Shown in pieces: positions 1-8,280 of a stretch of DNA of 56,702 nt. Numbering within the stretch: the stretch's first letter is position 1; each line of letters begins with the position of its first letter. Origin of the DNA: Enterobacteria phage 9g; the sequence record NC_024146.1. One strand, given 5' to 3'. The notes beneath the pieces were generated by a model. The model saw nothing but the letters and a program-made list of their open reading frames with translations. It had not been told where the DNA came from and ran no database searches. Position numbers and translations under genes: made by a program.

Positions 1-1
1 T

Positions 2-36
2 GTGGGCCAGTACAAATGTATTGGCCCACTTTTTAT
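2..36 (+). terminator. Rho-independent terminator-like hairpin at the window start
   Basis: gtgggcca(2-9) / tggcccac(22-29), 8-bp stem, 12-nt loop, then TTTTTATT. Would close the plus-strand late operon if the window ends are joined; abuts the polymerase stop codon at 36. Confidence 0.45.
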
Positions 37-2009
37 TAAGCGGCGTATGCGAGTTTTTCCAGCAATTTTTCCGCTTTAGCTATGTACACTTCGTGGTTAA
101 GATCTGGCGGTAACTGATCAGTCAGTTCCATCATTGGTTTACCCCCTGCTGTCTTACCAACACGCCCACCACTCTTAACTATCAGTATTTCAGGTACTTC
201 TTCTTTTGTATAGTACCAGCGAACAACCTTACCTAACGGCTCACTATTCCACGCAGCTCCACCGTTAGCTGTCTTGATACAAACAAACTTACGAATATCC
301 TGACACTCTGTGATAGTTTTAGCAATTGGTGTACCGTCACGGAGAAGATTAACCACAGCATCCATAATGATTTCACCTTCTGCGTTTTTAGCAAGGCCTG
401 TCTCAGCGAACCAACCTTTACGCTTGGCTTTACCATCTGCCTTGATTGCGACGTAGTTGTTAACGTTTGCGGAGTTAAGGCGCAGGTACTGGTTCAACTC
501 CATTTCAAAGCCAGTTGTTTCTTCCCACCACTTAATGATATCTGTCATTAATTGCTTCTTAGCTTTGCAAGGCTTAATAACAATACCGTCCGTGTTAGCA
601 CTGACAACCTGAATACCGTTAAGCTCTAGTGTTTCAATAAGCATGAGCAGAGCTAACTGACCTGTGAGCGTAGTCTGAATAATAAGGTGCGGTGCATACA
701 GAATAGAGAACGGTGAACCGAACTTACCATAAGAACCGTTAATAACGATCTTAAGAGTTTGTGCGGTCTTATCGTCATGAGCCATCTTAGCTGCAATACG
801 TCGTTCTACGATCTTAACGAAGATATCTATAAAGCGCGGGCCCAGGTGCTCAGGATACAGTTGCTGGTTAATGATACAGATCGGGTAGTATGACGTTACG
901 TCAGCGTCCCACATCTCTTCATCTTCAGACGGTACAATCTCCATTAACTCTTCGCACGAGTGCAGACCACCGATACCCATGTTGTAAGTTGTCTGATTGA
1001 TTGTAAACTTCAAAGAGTTCATGGTTGATGGTTGCTTAATTTTACCGTCTTCTGCAACTCGGAAGTAACTATCAAGCACAACCTGAAATACGGACTTCAT
1101 TAGTGGCGTTTGGAAACCTAACCACACTGGAGGATTGTACTTAAAGGTTCTGCCAACTTCCACCATACCCTTCTGTGGTACGAAGCCCAGCATTTCCTTC
1201 ATTTCATGGCGGATTACAGCTTCTGCGATCTGTGCATCGGATTTAGAGCGAAGGTCTACTTTGTACTCCTCACTCATAATCTCACGTAGATGGATCTGCT
1301 CTTCCAGTGAGTTAAACAGAGCCATTGTTGTATCAAGGTCGTTAATGCAGTAGAAGCGCACAATAGCAATTTGTTCTACGGATAACGCCCAATGTGGTGG
1401 GAATGGTAAGTCCTGGAGCTTCTGCATGTGCATACGGCCGCCATACAACTTCAACGAACCGAAGCCAGGAGCCACCTCTTGAACGTCAATGTGGTCAATC
1501 CAAAACTGTTTTACACCAAAGCTGTTAAGAATGTCCCACGGAGCCCACTCTTCCTGGATCATCCTGTCACTTGCTTCTTTTAGCTTGTCAACAGTCAAAC
1601 CAGCAATGGCAAGGAATGTCATCGTATTATCGTAGTTTCTTGAGTTGAAACCAACGGTACGAAAGTTCTTCATTATCCATTCATATTTTTCCGTGTCAAG
1701 TGTCTGACCGGCAGTCATTTCTAGATAATAAACCTTGCCAAACTTAACCCCTTTAAACGCCACAAGAAAATAGTTCTTATAGCATTCTATATCGTATACG
1801 AACGTTTCTTGTGCAAAATACATTTCCACTAATTCACCGTCTGTCATACGCGGATCGTTAGCTGCAAAACGCATTGCTACATCAAGACCTGGAAGGTAGT
1901 CCGGACGCTCCCATACCCTTTCAACTGGTTGACGTTTTACTTTCTGTTTCTTTTCTTTCTTAGTGGGAGGTAAATCCTCCCAAAAGAAACCAATAGCATC
2001 TTTTCTCAT
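36..2009 (-). CDS. DNA polymerase, family B-like, with 3'-5' exonuclease motifs
   Basis: 657 aa. Exo I-like YDIECY; PolB motif A DVTSYYPICII (DxxSLYPS type); motif B KIVINGSYGKFG (KxxxNSxYG type); motif C-like SANTDG. ATG at 2009 overlaps the stop of the upstream gene (ATGA). Confidence 0.85.
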   Translation of the reverse strand: MRKDAIGFFWEDLPPTKKEKKQKVKRQPVERVWERPDYLPGLDVAMRFAANDPRMTDGELVEMYFAQETFVYDIECYKNYFLVAFKGVKFGKVYYLEMTAGQTLDTEKYEWIMKNFRTVGFNSRNYDNTMTFLAIAGLTVDKLKEASDRMIQEEWAPWDILNSFGVKQFWIDHIDVQEVAPGFGSLKLYGGRMHMQKLQDLPFPPHWALSVEQIAIVRFYCINDLDTTMALFNSLEEQIHLREIMSEEYKVDLRSKSDAQIAEAVIRHEMKEMLGFVPQKGMVEVGRTFKYNPPVWLGFQTPLMKSVFQVVLDSYFRVAEDGKIKQPSTMNSLKFTINQTTYNMGIGGLHSCEELMEIVPSEDEEMWDADVTSYYPICIINQQLYPEHLGPRFIDIFVKIVERRIAAKMAHDDKTAQTLKIVINGSYGKFGSPFSILYAPHLIIQTTLTGQLALLMLIETLELNGIQVVSANTDGIVIKPCKAKKQLMTDIIKWWEETTGFEMELNQYLRLNSANVNNYVAIKADGKAKRKGWFAETGLAKNAEGEIIMDAVVNLLRDGTPIAKTITECQDIRKFVCIKTANGGAAWNSEPLGKVVRWYYTKEEVPEILIVKSGGRVGKTAGGKPMMELTDQLPPDLNHEVYIAKAEKLLEKLAYAA

Positions 2010-2998
2010 AGACGAAATCCTACAATTACCCCACGTAGATTTTCACCATAAAAAATAATAGGAGTTGAAAGACCCCTTTCGTCCTTTTCATTGAAACGCG
2101 AAGCATCCCAATCTGTCGCAAGTCCTTTCAACTGCATAATGAGATCTATATTATACACGCCAATTGACTTAGATTCACGGAACATTGCACTAGCACCATC
2201 CAGCTCGTTGTAATGTGTGCGTACAACACCATTTTCCATGTAAATACGCCCATCCCGCTCACAGAACGGTTTTATCTTTTCTAAGCAATTAAAAAGCTCA
2301 GTATCAAGCGTATAGACGTTGGCCCCATTTTCTGTACGCTCAATTATCTTATCAATGTTAGGCCACTTTAATTCCAGCAATTGTGTACGCAACCAGCAAC
2401 CGTCTTCGTAGTGAAATGTCATACTGGTATCTGTACATTGAATTCTTACTGGTGGCTTTTTAATACGCAATAATTCTTTGATGGCCATACGTGGCACAAC
2501 ACAATCTACAGGGAATACAGCACCGAACCAATACTGTATAATACTAGCGTTGTTGGTCGCGTACATGCTGCCCTGTTTTACCAGCACGCCGCAAGACCAC
2601 GGGCGGGAAGCATCGTCGCTTATAAACGGCGTTACACGGCTTAAACCGTTGAGAAAAAGCTGACCGTCTATTTCGTGAATTGTTCCTTCTGGCTCTACGT
2701 GTGCAGTTGGTTTCTGAAGAGTATCCACACTGACCTTAAAGCCACCAGACTTAATGCTCAACTTACCATTCGCTAACATTGTCATCTGTACAGCTTCGTC
2801 ACATGCTGCAATAGCCTTGAGCATTGGTTCAGCTTTAGGAGTACAGTCAATATTTAGTGGTACTGGACTACATAATGAAATAGTTCCGTTAAACCCGCGC
2901 ACAGTACCATCAACAATACGGAAGTGAGTTAAACCTTCCTGAAGTTCTTTCTTAGCTACAGAACCCTGAACAAACTTTAAAGCATCAAGTAAATCCAT
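2006..2998 (-). CDS. Putative beta-sliding-clamp-like processivity factor
   Basis: 330 aa. Motif layout resembles DnaN: N-terminal L..ALKFVQGSV, then GKLSIKSGGFKVSVDTL (cf. DnaN ...RSGRSRFSLSTL) and ATNNASII (cf. ATDGHRLA). Translationally coupled to the polymerase. Call is from remembered motif pattern, not a search. Confidence 0.45.
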   Translation of the reverse strand: MDLLDALKFVQGSVAKKELQEGLTHFRIVDGTVRGFNGTISLCSPVPLNIDCTPKAEPMLKAIAACDEAVQMTMLANGKLSIKSGGFKVSVDTLQKPTAHVEPEGTIHEIDGQLFLNGLSRVTPFISDDASRPWSCGVLVKQGSMYATNNASIIQYWFGAVFPVDCVVPRMAIKELLRIKKPPVRIQCTDTSMTFHYEDGCWLRTQLLELKWPNIDKIIERTENGANVYTLDTELFNCLEKIKPFCERDGRIYMENGVVRTHYNELDGASAMFRESKSIGVYNIDLIMQLKGLATDWDASRFNEKDERGLSTPIIFYGENLRGVIVGFRL

Positions 2999-3006
2999 AA
3001 GTAACC

Positions 3007-3960
3007 TTATTCGTCAAATAAATCCTGGAGACGTTCGTTGAACTTCCCATTGTGGTTAGCAAGAATCATAGCGTTGACCACACCATACGCCCATAAATTG
3101 TATGCAGCGCGTGATTCGTATATGGTTGAAAGTCGTTCGTATGTGAAACCTGACTCCTCTAAGTAGCGCAGAACATTATTCTGTTCTATTTCTGAAAGAT
3201 TACAGATGTGCTGCCCTTGATAGTGGCGTGACGGTGACTTTTCAGATACCTGCATTGGGCCCCACTTAGGAGTTTCAATAGCACCAAACGCCGCAGATTG
3301 AATCCAGGAGGATGAGTCACAGGAGTACCACGGGTAACGCTCCATAAGCGGGCGGGACGTAATACCAAAACCATGAACTTTAATCTTAGCGCGTCCACTA
3401 CCGTCCACAAGGTGCTTATCCCATACCCTGTCCAACCATACCTGAAGTTGTTGTGTACTCGCTCCAACAAGACCACCGAGCGTGATATACTCATAGTTTC
3501 GCACATAATGGTCCAGGTATTCAAAAGGTTCACCGGCGTGGAAGCATGGTAAAGGTCTTACACCTCTGGCTTCCATCTCTTCCTGGTTGCGCCACGTTTG
3601 AAGTGGATCACCAATACCATCGAGTACAGAAGCCATAAGCGAACCATCTTCCACACGGATGATATCTATGTTTCGTTGGATGTAATCACAGTATTCTTTA
3701 ACCGATAACGTAACTCCCAAAGTGTAAGCTGAGAACGCTCCGGAGTCGAGGAATATCTTGGCCCCATCGGCACGCATGGCATCAACATAGGATTGCTTTC
3801 CAACGTAGTGCCAGGATTCGAGAATGTTTGGAATATTTTCGACAACACGTTTTTCTTGTTCGTTGAGTTTGACATAGCGGTTCATTCCTGGTTTATAGCT
3901 GTTCGTATATACGGCAGCCATATAAATCTGAAAGGTATAGTTGATATCTTGTCTGTGCAT
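3007..3960 (-). CDS. dpdA: DpdA-like DNA-guanine transglycosylase (TGT superfamily) for 7-deazaguanine insertion into DNA
   Basis: 317 aa. TGT-like IFLDSGAFSAY (cf. TDSGGFQ) and overall TGT-like length; sits at the 3' end of the folE-queD-queC-queE operon. ATG at 3960 preceded by GGTGA. Confidence 0.75.
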   Translation of the reverse strand: MHRQDINYTFQIYMAAVYTNSYKPGMNRYVKLNEQEKRVVENIPNILESWHYVGKQSYVDAMRADGAKIFLDSGAFSAYTLGVTLSVKEYCDYIQRNIDIIRVEDGSLMASVLDGIGDPLQTWRNQEEMEARGVRPLPCFHAGEPFEYLDHYVRNYEYITLGGLVGASTQQLQVWLDRVWDKHLVDGSGRAKIKVHGFGITSRPLMERYPWYSCDSSSWIQSAAFGAIETPKWGPMQVSEKSPSRHYQGQHICNLSEIEQNNVLRYLEESGFTYERLSTIYESRAAYNLWAYGVVNAMILANHNGKFNERLQDLFDE

Positions 3961-4029
3961 TGTTCACCTAACAAATAAGCGCCCGTAGGCGCTTATTATA
4001 TTAAAGATAATGTATGATTCGCAAATCAG

Positions 4030-4644
4030 TTACTTTTTACACGCTTCAAGAAATTCCCGACGCCATGTGTCACCAGTCACGTCCGGTAATACACCATCAC
4101 CCAATGCAGTACGTCCGCGGAATGCTTTAGTGATGGTTGAGCTTCCGCATACCTGTTTAACACCGCGCGACTCCATGCACATATGTTTTGCATCGATGTA
4201 GACACACACAGCTTTCGGGTCTAAGTGTTCCACGATAGCATCCGCAATCTGATTAGTCAGACGTTCTTGGACTTGCAAACGTCGAGCGAAAGCATCAACT
4301 ACCCGAGATAACTTGCTGAGACCGACGATTTTTCCATTTGGGACATACCCAACCACTGCATGACCAATAATAGGAGCCATGTGATGCTCACAATGACTAT
4401 ATACAGGGATATCACGGACGATGACCATTTCATCACAGTTTTCCCCACCATCTTCAAATGTCTTGAACAGGGATGCGATATCAACAGAATAACCCCCGAA
4501 CCATGTAGCATAAGCCTTAGCTACACGATCTGGAGTTTCTACTAGACCTTCACGCAAGTCATCGCCACCTTCAATCAACTTTAAAATCTTTTCAATACTG
4601 TGCGAAATTTCTGCTCTGTTTGTCATCTTTGTAAATTCATTCAT
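4030..4644 (-). CDS. folE: GTP cyclohydrolase I (FolE)
   Basis: Clear FolE core: ETPDRVAKAY, VIVRDIPVYSHCEHHMAPI, GLSKLSRVVDAFARRLQVQERLT. The longest ORF begins with TTG at 4680 and overlaps queD; the ATG at 4644 with an upstream AAGGA is preferred (4626 is an alternative). Confidence 0.88.
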   Translation of the reverse strand: MNEFTKMTNRAEISHSIEKILKLIEGGDDLREGLVETPDRVAKAYATWFGGYSVDIASLFKTFEDGGENCDEMVIVRDIPVYSHCEHHMAPIIGHAVVGYVPNGKIVGLSKLSRVVDAFARRLQVQERLTNQIADAIVEHLDPKAVCVYIDAKHMCMESRGVKQVCGSSTITKAFRGRTALGDGVLPDVTGDTWRREFLEACKK

Positions 4645-4670
4645 GGTTTGCAGTTTCCTTGTGTGGTCAA

Positions 4671-5204
4671 TTATTTGCAATAGTTAACATGGCATTTGGA
4701 CGTTTCTTCAATGGTGCATTCTACCAATTCAACACCATATTGGTCAAGTAGTTGAGGACCAATTACGTCAACCATATATGCAGCTAAGTTTTCCGCAGTT
4801 GGGTTGAATGGTAAAGCTACCAAAGAATTAAAGAAAGGATCGTAATCTTCATCCGTCACTAAATTGTTCTCACGTGCAAACTTAGTTGATGCAACAACAA
4901 TGAGCGAATTAATCATGCTGTCTTGTTCCCAATGCAGGAACTTATGATCCCAATTATCTTCCAACCACTGGCAGAGCGTAGTTTTAACCACACTAAAGTC
5001 GATAACCCGACCTACGTCGTCCAGCGAACCTTCTAGAGCAAATCCACTTACAGACTTAACGTAACCTTCCGACAATGTTTTCTTTGGTGCAACTTTAAAA
5101 TGGAACTTATAGTTGTGACCATGAAGATGACGACATTTGCTTTCATGCCCTACAACACGATGCCCAGCGCAAATCTCATGTGAACGAATAACAGTGTAAC
5201 CCAT
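4671..5204 (-). CDS. queD: 6-carboxy-5,6,7,8-tetrahydropterin synthase (QueD / PTPS family)
   Basis: 177 aa. N-terminal CAGHRVVGHESKCRHLHGHNYKF (Cx..HGH zinc/catalytic motif of QueD/PTPS). Confidence 0.85.
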   Translation of the reverse strand: MGYTVIRSHEICAGHRVVGHESKCRHLHGHNYKFHFKVAPKKTLSEGYVKSVSGFALEGSLDDVGRVIDFSVVKTTLCQWLEDNWDHKFLHWEQDSMINSLIVVASTKFARENNLVTDEDYDPFFNSLVALPFNPTAENLAAYMVDVIGPQLLDQYGVELVECTIEETSKCHVNYCK

Positions 5205-5206
5205 TT

Positions 5207-6622
5207 TTATTCCTCGTTTTCGTATTTAATAACTTCTTGTGCGTTATTAATATTAAACGCAGTCCGGCGCATCATGCAAGGGCCGCAAGTACCGCAATGC
5301 AAATTCCCGTTACGGTAACAACTCCAGGTGTGCTCCAACGGGGCCCCTAAACGCAGACCTGTAGCGACAATTTCGTGCTTCATTAAGTTACCTACAGGCA
5401 TGAGCACTTCAACGCGCTTACCATCCCCTACAGCGAACGGTAACACCTGATTAAAGCGATTAATAAACTCAGGTTCGTTGTCCGGATAGGCTCCAGCTTC
5501 TTCTAGGTTGTTACCAAGAACAATATAGTCGAAACCGTTAGCTTCTGCGTATGCAGTAGCAACAGAAAGCATCACAAGGTTACGAGCTGGAACCCATTCA
5601 TGCGCAAACTCAGCGCCTTCTTCACCGCCAGCGATTGCAGCATCTTGATCAAATAATGGGCTATCCTTCTTATCATAAATTGGGATTGGAAATTCAATTA
5701 ATGGAACCCCCATCACTTCCGCAATCTTACGAATAGCATACAGCTCATTAGTTTCTGCACGACAACCATATTGGAAGTTAATCAGAGTAACATCTAAACC
5801 ATTGGACTTACACATTTGAGCTGCTACTGTGCTGTCCATACCACCACTGGCGACAACTAACGCGCGTTGAGTCTGCTTATTTGGAATAAGATCAACTTCA
5901 TTGCATACATCAGTTGATGTAACCACATTACATGAATAAGGCTTCAGCATCTGCTTAATAGCGCGGTTGGGTAGCATGTCTTCCTGGCTGGCGAAATACA
6001 TACCAGTATCAGTCTTACCAATCCAGATTGGACGATAATTACATGCTGTAAACACGCATCCCGGAAAGGAATCATGTGTTGCAAGGATTGCGAAGCTACC
6101 TTTCAATTTGCGAACAACTTCATGAAACACACTGTACAGGTAATTAAAGTCAGACAAACACATTTCATCTGCTGAAAGTGTACATTCTGCTAACTGTTCG
6201 ACAATCGCAGCACTATCAATCTTAGTCTGCAGGGCATAGGTACGAATGTCTTTATCGTTCGCAATAGTACCGTTATGAACAATAGTCCAATCATCCATGT
6301 GATACGGTTGCTGGTCCCACTCATTCTTGTCAACAATCCACTCTGTAGTCGGTTCAGCGCGAGCGTTACCAATCATTGTGAAGCTACCAATAGCTCCAGC
6401 ATGAGATGCAATGCGCCCAACTTTAACAAGACGTTCCAGTGACGTTTCCTTACCGACACTAACGATACGTTGCGGGTGCATACTGTGGTCACCATGCGTA
6501 AAGCGTACACCAAGACCATCACGACCACGCTTGATACTGGCTTTAATAAGATCCTCAATGTCGTTACGGATAATAAGACTTTCAGGTTGACCGTTAGTAA
6601 TAACACCAAAGATAGAGCACAT
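5207..6622 (-). CDS. queC: Gat-QueC fusion: class II (Ntn) glutamine amidotransferase domain fused to a QueC-like 7-cyano-7-deazaguanine synthase domain
   Basis: N-terminus after the start Met is CSIFGV (Cys2 nucleophile, as in AsnB/GlmS-type GATases). C-terminal half has the PP-loop SGGMDS, VPARN, and the zinc motif CGTCGPC of QueC. Start set to the internal ATG at 6620-6622 so that Cys is residue 2; it lies 1 nt after the upstream gene's stop. Confidence 0.85.
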   Translation of the reverse strand: MCSIFGVITNGQPESLIIRNDIEDLIKASIKRGRDGLGVRFTHGDHSMHPQRIVSVGKETSLERLVKVGRIASHAGAIGSFTMIGNARAEPTTEWIVDKNEWDQQPYHMDDWTIVHNGTIANDKDIRTYALQTKIDSAAIVEQLAECTLSADEMCLSDFNYLYSVFHEVVRKLKGSFAILATHDSFPGCVFTACNYRPIWIGKTDTGMYFASQEDMLPNRAIKQMLKPYSCNVVTSTDVCNEVDLIPNKQTQRALVVASGGMDSTVAAQMCKSNGLDVTLINFQYGCRAETNELYAIRKIAEVMGVPLIEFPIPIYDKKDSPLFDQDAAIAGGEEGAEFAHEWVPARNLVMLSVATAYAEANGFDYIVLGNNLEEAGAYPDNEPEFINRFNQVLPFAVGDGKRVEVLMPVGNLMKHEIVATGLRLGAPLEHTWSCYRNGNLHCGTCGPCMMRRTAFNINNAQEVIKYENEE

Positions 6623-6623
6623 A

Positions 6624-7385
6624 TTATTTACCTTCCTTAACCATTTCAATTTCACGCTCAACGGATGCAATAATATCGTTGAGGTCTTCCAGTACGTCTT
6701 TATGACCGCGCTCACCCGCACACAGCACCTTCTTCAGTGCATGTTGCATGGGCCCACTGGTTACATTGAATGCTTTAATTACGTCGTACACGTCAACCCA
6801 TACATCAATTTCGATTGGGCTACCGTTAATGTCATGGGATTCAAAAGTTTTAATTTTGCGCATATATTTATTTGGACGTGGAGCTTTAATCTCCTGGATA
6901 CAACCATTGTCGATAAACGTTTCTTTAATGAATACTTCAGGATTGCCTTCTTTGTCATGATCAACGTTAAAGACATTCGTAAGTAGATCGTCCATGATAC
7001 TTGTTAATTTATGAGTAGACGTTGTGTACTTCATGGTATTCGCTTCCGCTTCCTCTGCTGCTTTCTGACTTCTTCTGGCAGAAGTATTGATACGCCATTT
7101 GTAGAGTGCATTACGTGGAGGTGTTACATGCGTGTTGTAGACCGTCTTTAAGTTCATAAGATCGTGTCCATCCATACCTTCAACAAAGACAGTGAGTGCA
7201 GGACAACTATCGTTCAGAACATCCACCAAATATCCTTCCCGAATTACAGATGCAAGAGCTGCATGTGACGCAGCTTGAGAAACTGTGGTTACATAATGTT
7301 TCACAAATCCGTCTTCATCAAACAGACACTGGTTCAACACATTTTCTGGAACAATTTCACCGAGTAATTGAACGTACTTATTCAT
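6624..7385 (-). CDS. Hypothetical protein embedded in the 7-deazaguanine operon
   Basis: 253 aa, ATG at 7385 with AAGGT upstream; tightly packed between queE and gat-queC. No motif recognised by eye. Confidence 0.6.
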   Translation of the reverse strand: MNKYVQLLGEIVPENVLNQCLFDEDGFVKHYVTTVSQAASHAALASVIREGYLVDVLNDSCPALTVFVEGMDGHDLMNLKTVYNTHVTPPRNALYKWRINTSARRSQKAAEEAEANTMKYTTSTHKLTSIMDDLLTNVFNVDHDKEGNPEVFIKETFIDNGCIQEIKAPRPNKYMRKIKTFESHDINGSPIEIDVWVDVYDVIKAFNVTSGPMQHALKKVLCAGERGHKDVLEDLNDIIASVEREIEMVKEGK

Positions 7386-7447
7386 AATGATTTACCTTAT
7401 CAGTTGAACATACCATGTCTTCCAGCGTGTTTTGAATATGTATAACT

Positions 7448-8212
7448 TCACTCTACGCCTAAATATTTATGAATCTGCAATTGCACGATGTAATTGTGCT
7501 TCATTGCATATTTAACGACAGCTTGAGCGTTTGCTTTATTAGCATCGTCGTCCTGTTCATCCATAGGTTGAAGATAAATTTTACCTTTAAAGTGTACAGG
7601 TGGACGTGCGATAAATGGTGTCGCACGGTGATCCAGTGCCTGCAACGGTAATCCATCTTCCTCGTTGACGTTTCCGCTTTTCATTACATATTTGAAAGCA
7701 TCCGCTCGAGCGGAAACGCTAGGGTGGACCTTTGCTGCCTTAGGACTACATACTACCACACAGTTATAGTTGAGTTCACGCGGGATAGGCATAGTTCCGT
7801 TAGTTTCAACCTGTACACGATAACCTTTCATATCAATGAGGTAATTGATAAAATTAGCAACTTCAGGTTGACGGAAAGGTTCGCCGCCCGTAATGACAAC
7901 TAAGTCAGTCTTGGCTTCACCAGTGACACGGACAATCTCTTGCCAAATGTCACCGTGATTCATCTTCTTACGATTGGACGTATAGTTTGTATCACATCCT
8001 GGGCATTGCAAATTACAACCAGCTAATCGAACAAACACGGCAGGTTGACCACAAAATGGGCCTTCGCCTTGAATGGTATGAAAAATGGAATGCACGTCAA
8101 GAATACCACGTTCACGAACTAACTTCTCAGGTTCCTGAGTATTAATAATTTTCATATGATTTCCAAATTTGGCTTGAGCCCAGTGGTGGGCGATAATGGC
8201 TTGTGCAAACAT
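7448..8212 (-). CDS. queE: 7-carboxy-7-deazaguanine synthase (QueE), radical SAM
   Basis: IFHTIQGEGPFCGQPAVFVRLAGCNLQCPGCDT carries the QueE N-terminal signature and the CxxxCxxC radical-SAM cluster. The longest ORF starts with TTG at 8236; the ATG at 8212 preceded by GAGGT is preferred (8155 is an alternative). Confidence 0.85.
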   Translation of the reverse strand: MFAQAIIAHHWAQAKFGNHMKIINTQEPEKLVRERGILDVHSIFHTIQGEGPFCGQPAVFVRLAGCNLQCPGCDTNYTSNRKKMNHGDIWQEIVRVTGEAKTDLVVITGGEPFRQPEVANFINYLIDMKGYRVQVETNGTMPIPRELNYNCVVVCSPKAAKVHPSVSARADAFKYVMKSGNVNEEDGLPLQALDHRATPFIARPPVHFKGKIYLQPMDEQDDDANKANAQAVVKYAMKHNYIVQLQIHKYLGVE

Positions 8213-8280
8213 TTGAACCTCGGGGTAAGATAACAAAGGGGCAGTAAATGCCCCTTCTGAGTTTCCGAAGTATCTACAGA

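Noticed and set aside
3186-3533. 115-aa minus-strand ORF overlapping dpdA in another frame
   Set aside because: Fully contained in the dpdA coding region; dpdA carries the recognisable TGT-like motif.
4680-8236. Longest-ORF starts for folE (TTG 4680), queE (TTG 8236) and gat-queC (6721)
   Set aside because: Non-ATG or SD-less starts that overlap upstream genes; internal ATGs with SD sequences give N-termini matching the known families.
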